DNA of 63,940 nucleotides, filler included, from Phoronis australis (lineage: Eukaryota; Animalia; Phoronida): NCBI GenBank assembly GCA_002633005.1. It is 8 parts of 8 records of this genome, joined end to end, with 100 filler letters (N's around TTAATTAATTAA, not from the genome) between each part and the next. Parts side by side here need not be neighbours in the genome. Positions count along the whole stretch, not along the records: positions 54,602 to 61,616 come from NMRA01001384.1; positions 61,717 to 63,940 come from NMRA01003786.1; 6 more parts are not named here. One strand, 5' to 3'. The notes under the pieces are model-generated. The model worked only from the letters and a program-made list of their open reading frames with translations. It was not told the origin of the DNA and ran no database searches. The translations under genes and the position numbers were made by a program. Below are positions 60,798 to 63,940 of this stretch, in pieces; position 1 is the first letter of the stretch; every line of letters begins with the position of its first letter.

Positions 60798-61429
60798 GGG
60801 GACCTTGAAATCAACGTCTGCAGAGGCGAAAATATCGGTTTTCCAAACACTCATGGTAAAAACGCCATTTCACTGATCTGAAGACACCCTTTGCACCGCC
60901 GGTATCTGCCTTCTTCCGCAATTTTTTAAAAGGTGACGAAAGGAAAACATATAAAAGCTGGACCATCAAATGGATCCCATCAAACTTGAAAGGGCGTGGT
61001 TTTAATAGTCATTCTACGCATATGGCTACCTCATCAATAATATATTACACCTGAAAGCAAAAAAACGCTTAAAACGAGGTGGATTGGTTACCACCGCCGC
61101 TCCACGCAGAGCTAAGTCAAACCTGCTCAGGGGAAACTTGGTCGCAAGCTGGTCGCATAGAGATCGGTGGATTGGCGTATCCATTGTTCACTTTGTTTTT
61201 CTTCGTTTTCATAGAGATAATGGCAACCGGCTGATGTGCGCCCAAGGTAGGTTTTCCATGCGACCTATTCACCTATTTCACGAAAGCGCCATCTTCCCGC
61301 GCCATCTTTAAATACTGATCGAAAACGAGGCACAATGATAAACCCTCGTGAGTGATCATCAGCTGGCCATGGTGTACTGTGCAGTGCCTGAATGTACCAA
61401 TTCCAGTAATAACTCGTCGGTATCCTTCC
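60798..61429 (+). mobile_element. 5' end of a THAP-domain DNA transposon (Kolobok-like), truncated
   Basis: TTAA|GGGGAC at 60794-60803; ATG 61369 MVYCAVPECTNSSNNSSVSF is a THAP N-terminus (C-x4-C..SF), cut at 61430 by a CAGGG-starting insertion. Confidence 0.55.
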
Positions 61430-62727
61430 CAGGGATATACTTAGCCACTCGCCCAGTCGCCAATGCGAGTAAAAATGGTGCTGGGCGAGTAGAAGTTGAC
61501 TTGCCGGTCGCCCGGTGGCGAGCGAATTTCAGAGCGCAAAAGCACTATATATCGTTTCCCAGATGAATTTGAATAATTTTCCTCCTCCTTGTGCTGTTTT
61601 TATCATGAATTTAAGGNNNNNNNNNNNNNNNNNNNNNNNNNNNNNNNNNNNNNNNNNNNNTTAATTAATTAANNNNNNNNNNNNNNNNNNNNNNNNNNNN
61701 NNNNNNNNNNNNNNNNTTTGACAGAATTTTTACCAAAAAAATTGACACAAAAACACCATTTTCTCCGGAACCGTAAGTCCGATTTAAAAATTGTTTGCAC
61801 CGTTCTTTTAGTCTCGTAGAGAGCTTTCTCATGATGTATATTACATGCACATTTTCAAAAATTTTTGAAAAATGCTGTCCTCGCTACCTCTTGGCCGAAT
61901 GCTTGACTGTCGCTCGTGCAACCCGGGTTCAAGTCTCGGTCATCACGAAATTTTCTACATCGGCATCGTCGAGTGCCAAGTGTATTGATAGGCAACTCTG
62001 AGATTGCAGGGATTTCTTGTATATTTTCAGTCAAAAATTATCACCAGCAACCAGAACCATCGGATTGGCAAGTTACATAATGACTGGAGTGATGGAGATG
62101 CATCAACAGCAAGCTAGACCCTGTGGTGCACCGCCCATAGACCAGGGGCCACGGGCGGCGCAGCACTGAAAAAAGTGGGGGGACCATACCCTACAGACCA
62201 CTATGGTGCGCTGCCCATACCAGACGGCTACAGTATCTCGATGGACCAACTATGACTGCCATCGACCACGAATAAATCTGCTTTGTCACGAACCAGAACC
62301 CGGCTTTACTAGACTTAACATCACGAAACAGCTTTTCACTCACCCTCCATTCATTGAATAGGGACTAAAGTACATTTCTTTAGGCCCACTTTTGTAGTCT
62401 TCGATTCCTATACAATGTGCCTCCATGTTCGGTCTTAATTATTGATATTTTCTAAACTTTTTCATAAACTTTGAGATTCCCCTTCTGCTTCTACAGATAC
62501 TCTCGCGACACGTCTCGCACAATCCGAGATCAAACAAAACCTCATAGTATTCCTATATAAGATTGTTTTGAACAAAATTTCTCTGGTTGAAAATATTTAT
62601 ATTTTTTGTTGTTTGGATTGCTAATATTTAGAAAATAAAAATAAAAAACCAGACAATTTGCCGCAAAGGCGAGTATTCTCGTTATTTCGATATTGGAAAC
62701 GAGATCCCGGTAAAGTGTGGCGACAAA

Positions 62728-62890
62728 ATGGTAAGTTTAGTGTGCGTATTTTTACATCTCGCACTCTACATTAAAATGTTGGTTTAGATTGTGTTTGACA
62801 TGATTATGTCCTTTTATTTTAGTTGTTCTATTCCTTCTTCAAGTCTCTGGTGGGCAAGGACGTCGTTGTAGAGCTCAAGAACGATTTAAG
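62728..62890 (+). CDS. LSM2: U6 snRNA-associated Sm-like protein LSm2, exon 1 (ATG only, 62728-62730) and exon 2 (62823-62890); continues beyond the window
   Basis: aaaATG|gtaagt ... ttttag|TTG; MLFYSFFKSLVGKDVVVELKNDL is the LSm2 N-terminus; donor ag|gtaggc. Confidence 0.96.
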
Positions 62891-63940
62891 GTAGGCTGTA
62901 AGATTTGCAAAAGTCGCATGGACTCCACACCACTGTCTCGGGAGTCAGACTCAGTCCCCAGACTAGGCAATGACCATCGCCTCTGTTGGCCCGAACCAGA
63001 GGCGATGCAGAGGCGCTCTGTACGCCGGAAGCTTTTCGGCGAATTATGCCTCGCACCGACTAAACCATCAAAGTCACGTTATTAATACCTTTTGCGCATA
63101 CAGTCAAGTGACCTAATTATCGGACGTTTTGGCACATTTTGCGTTATATTTAATTGAAAATACTACGTATTGTTGTAAATTCCTTGCTGAAATAAAGATT
63201 TACCTTCACGGAATTGTTCTGTTACTATATCTTGTCACTGAAAGCCACGTTTATGTTCCGACTGATCTTCAAAAAACACAACAACCAAACCTTCGGAGAA
63301 CCTAAATATCGGACACCATGTTTCTCCATACGCCACACCGCGGAAAACTGACTAACCACGTAATGGCCGCGGGCACCTTGTCGCCAAATNGAAAACTGAC
63401 TAACCACGTAATGGCCGCGGGCACCTTGTCGCCAAATTTCAGCTCGAGTGTTTTGACATATATGCTACTAGAACCCAGGTCCATTCGCAACAAAATTATC
63501 CATGAAATGAAATCTGATGACGGCGCCAAGTCGTTTCAATGAATTAGTGCAGACGACTAAAGCACGTGCAAACTCATTGCAGTTTTTAGTATCACTTAGG
63601 CTTCTTGATATGACACCCGCACGTGCGCAGTCGGGGTTTGACTTGAGTTTAAAAACAAACGAAAAAATGTAACAGTGACATATTGTCAGTTCAATGAGAT
63701 AGTTTCATTGTGGAAAAAGCTTTTATTTTCAACTTTTATAACCGATTTATGCGATCGTCCATTTTAGGCCGACTTGGGGGTCTAAATTGCACCCTCTCTC
63801 GGTGAAATCAAAACGAGGCAACGCTGTAAAAAACGAGACGGTGCTGGACATTGAATGCATTACAACGGAACAAAAATTGGTGTCATTTAATTCTCAGATT
63901 ATGCTTCAAGTAAGATTCCATGAAATGTCCGATATTTAGG

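Noticed and set aside
63340-63440. ~48-bp direct duplication
   Set aside because: The two copies are separated by a single N, typical of an unmerged contig overlap.

Overview
Eukaryotic (marine invertebrate-like, AT-rich, intron-rich) draft-assembly window with several N gaps, seven of them carrying an artificial TTAATTAATTAA spacer. Host genes assembled by hand from GT-AG sites and frame/phase continuity: (1) an 11-exon, 5'-truncated SLC18/VMAT-like MFS transporter (+, 357-9997) that has lost the canonical charged residues of VMAT/VAChT; (2) SPAG16/PF20 (-, 11 exons, 39340-32519, 5' exons not found); (3) the last two exons of a G2E3-like HECT ligase (+, 39899-40722); (4) a small 5x LDL-receptor class A protein (+, about 55904-57259); (5) the first two exons of LSM2 (+, 62728-62890). 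A weakly supported spliced minus-strand transcript lies between about 26100 and 10500. The rest is mobile DNA and tandem repeats: a complete TRIM with tRNA-like LTRs (25264-25798), DINE/HINE-like elements carrying CTCF-like motifs, LINE, Gypsy-like, DIRS/Ngaro, hAT-like, Kolobok/THAP and MITE remnants, and many minisatellites including a perfect 37-bp array that is not a CRISPR. Family assignments and residue numbers come from recalled sequences; no database search was run.
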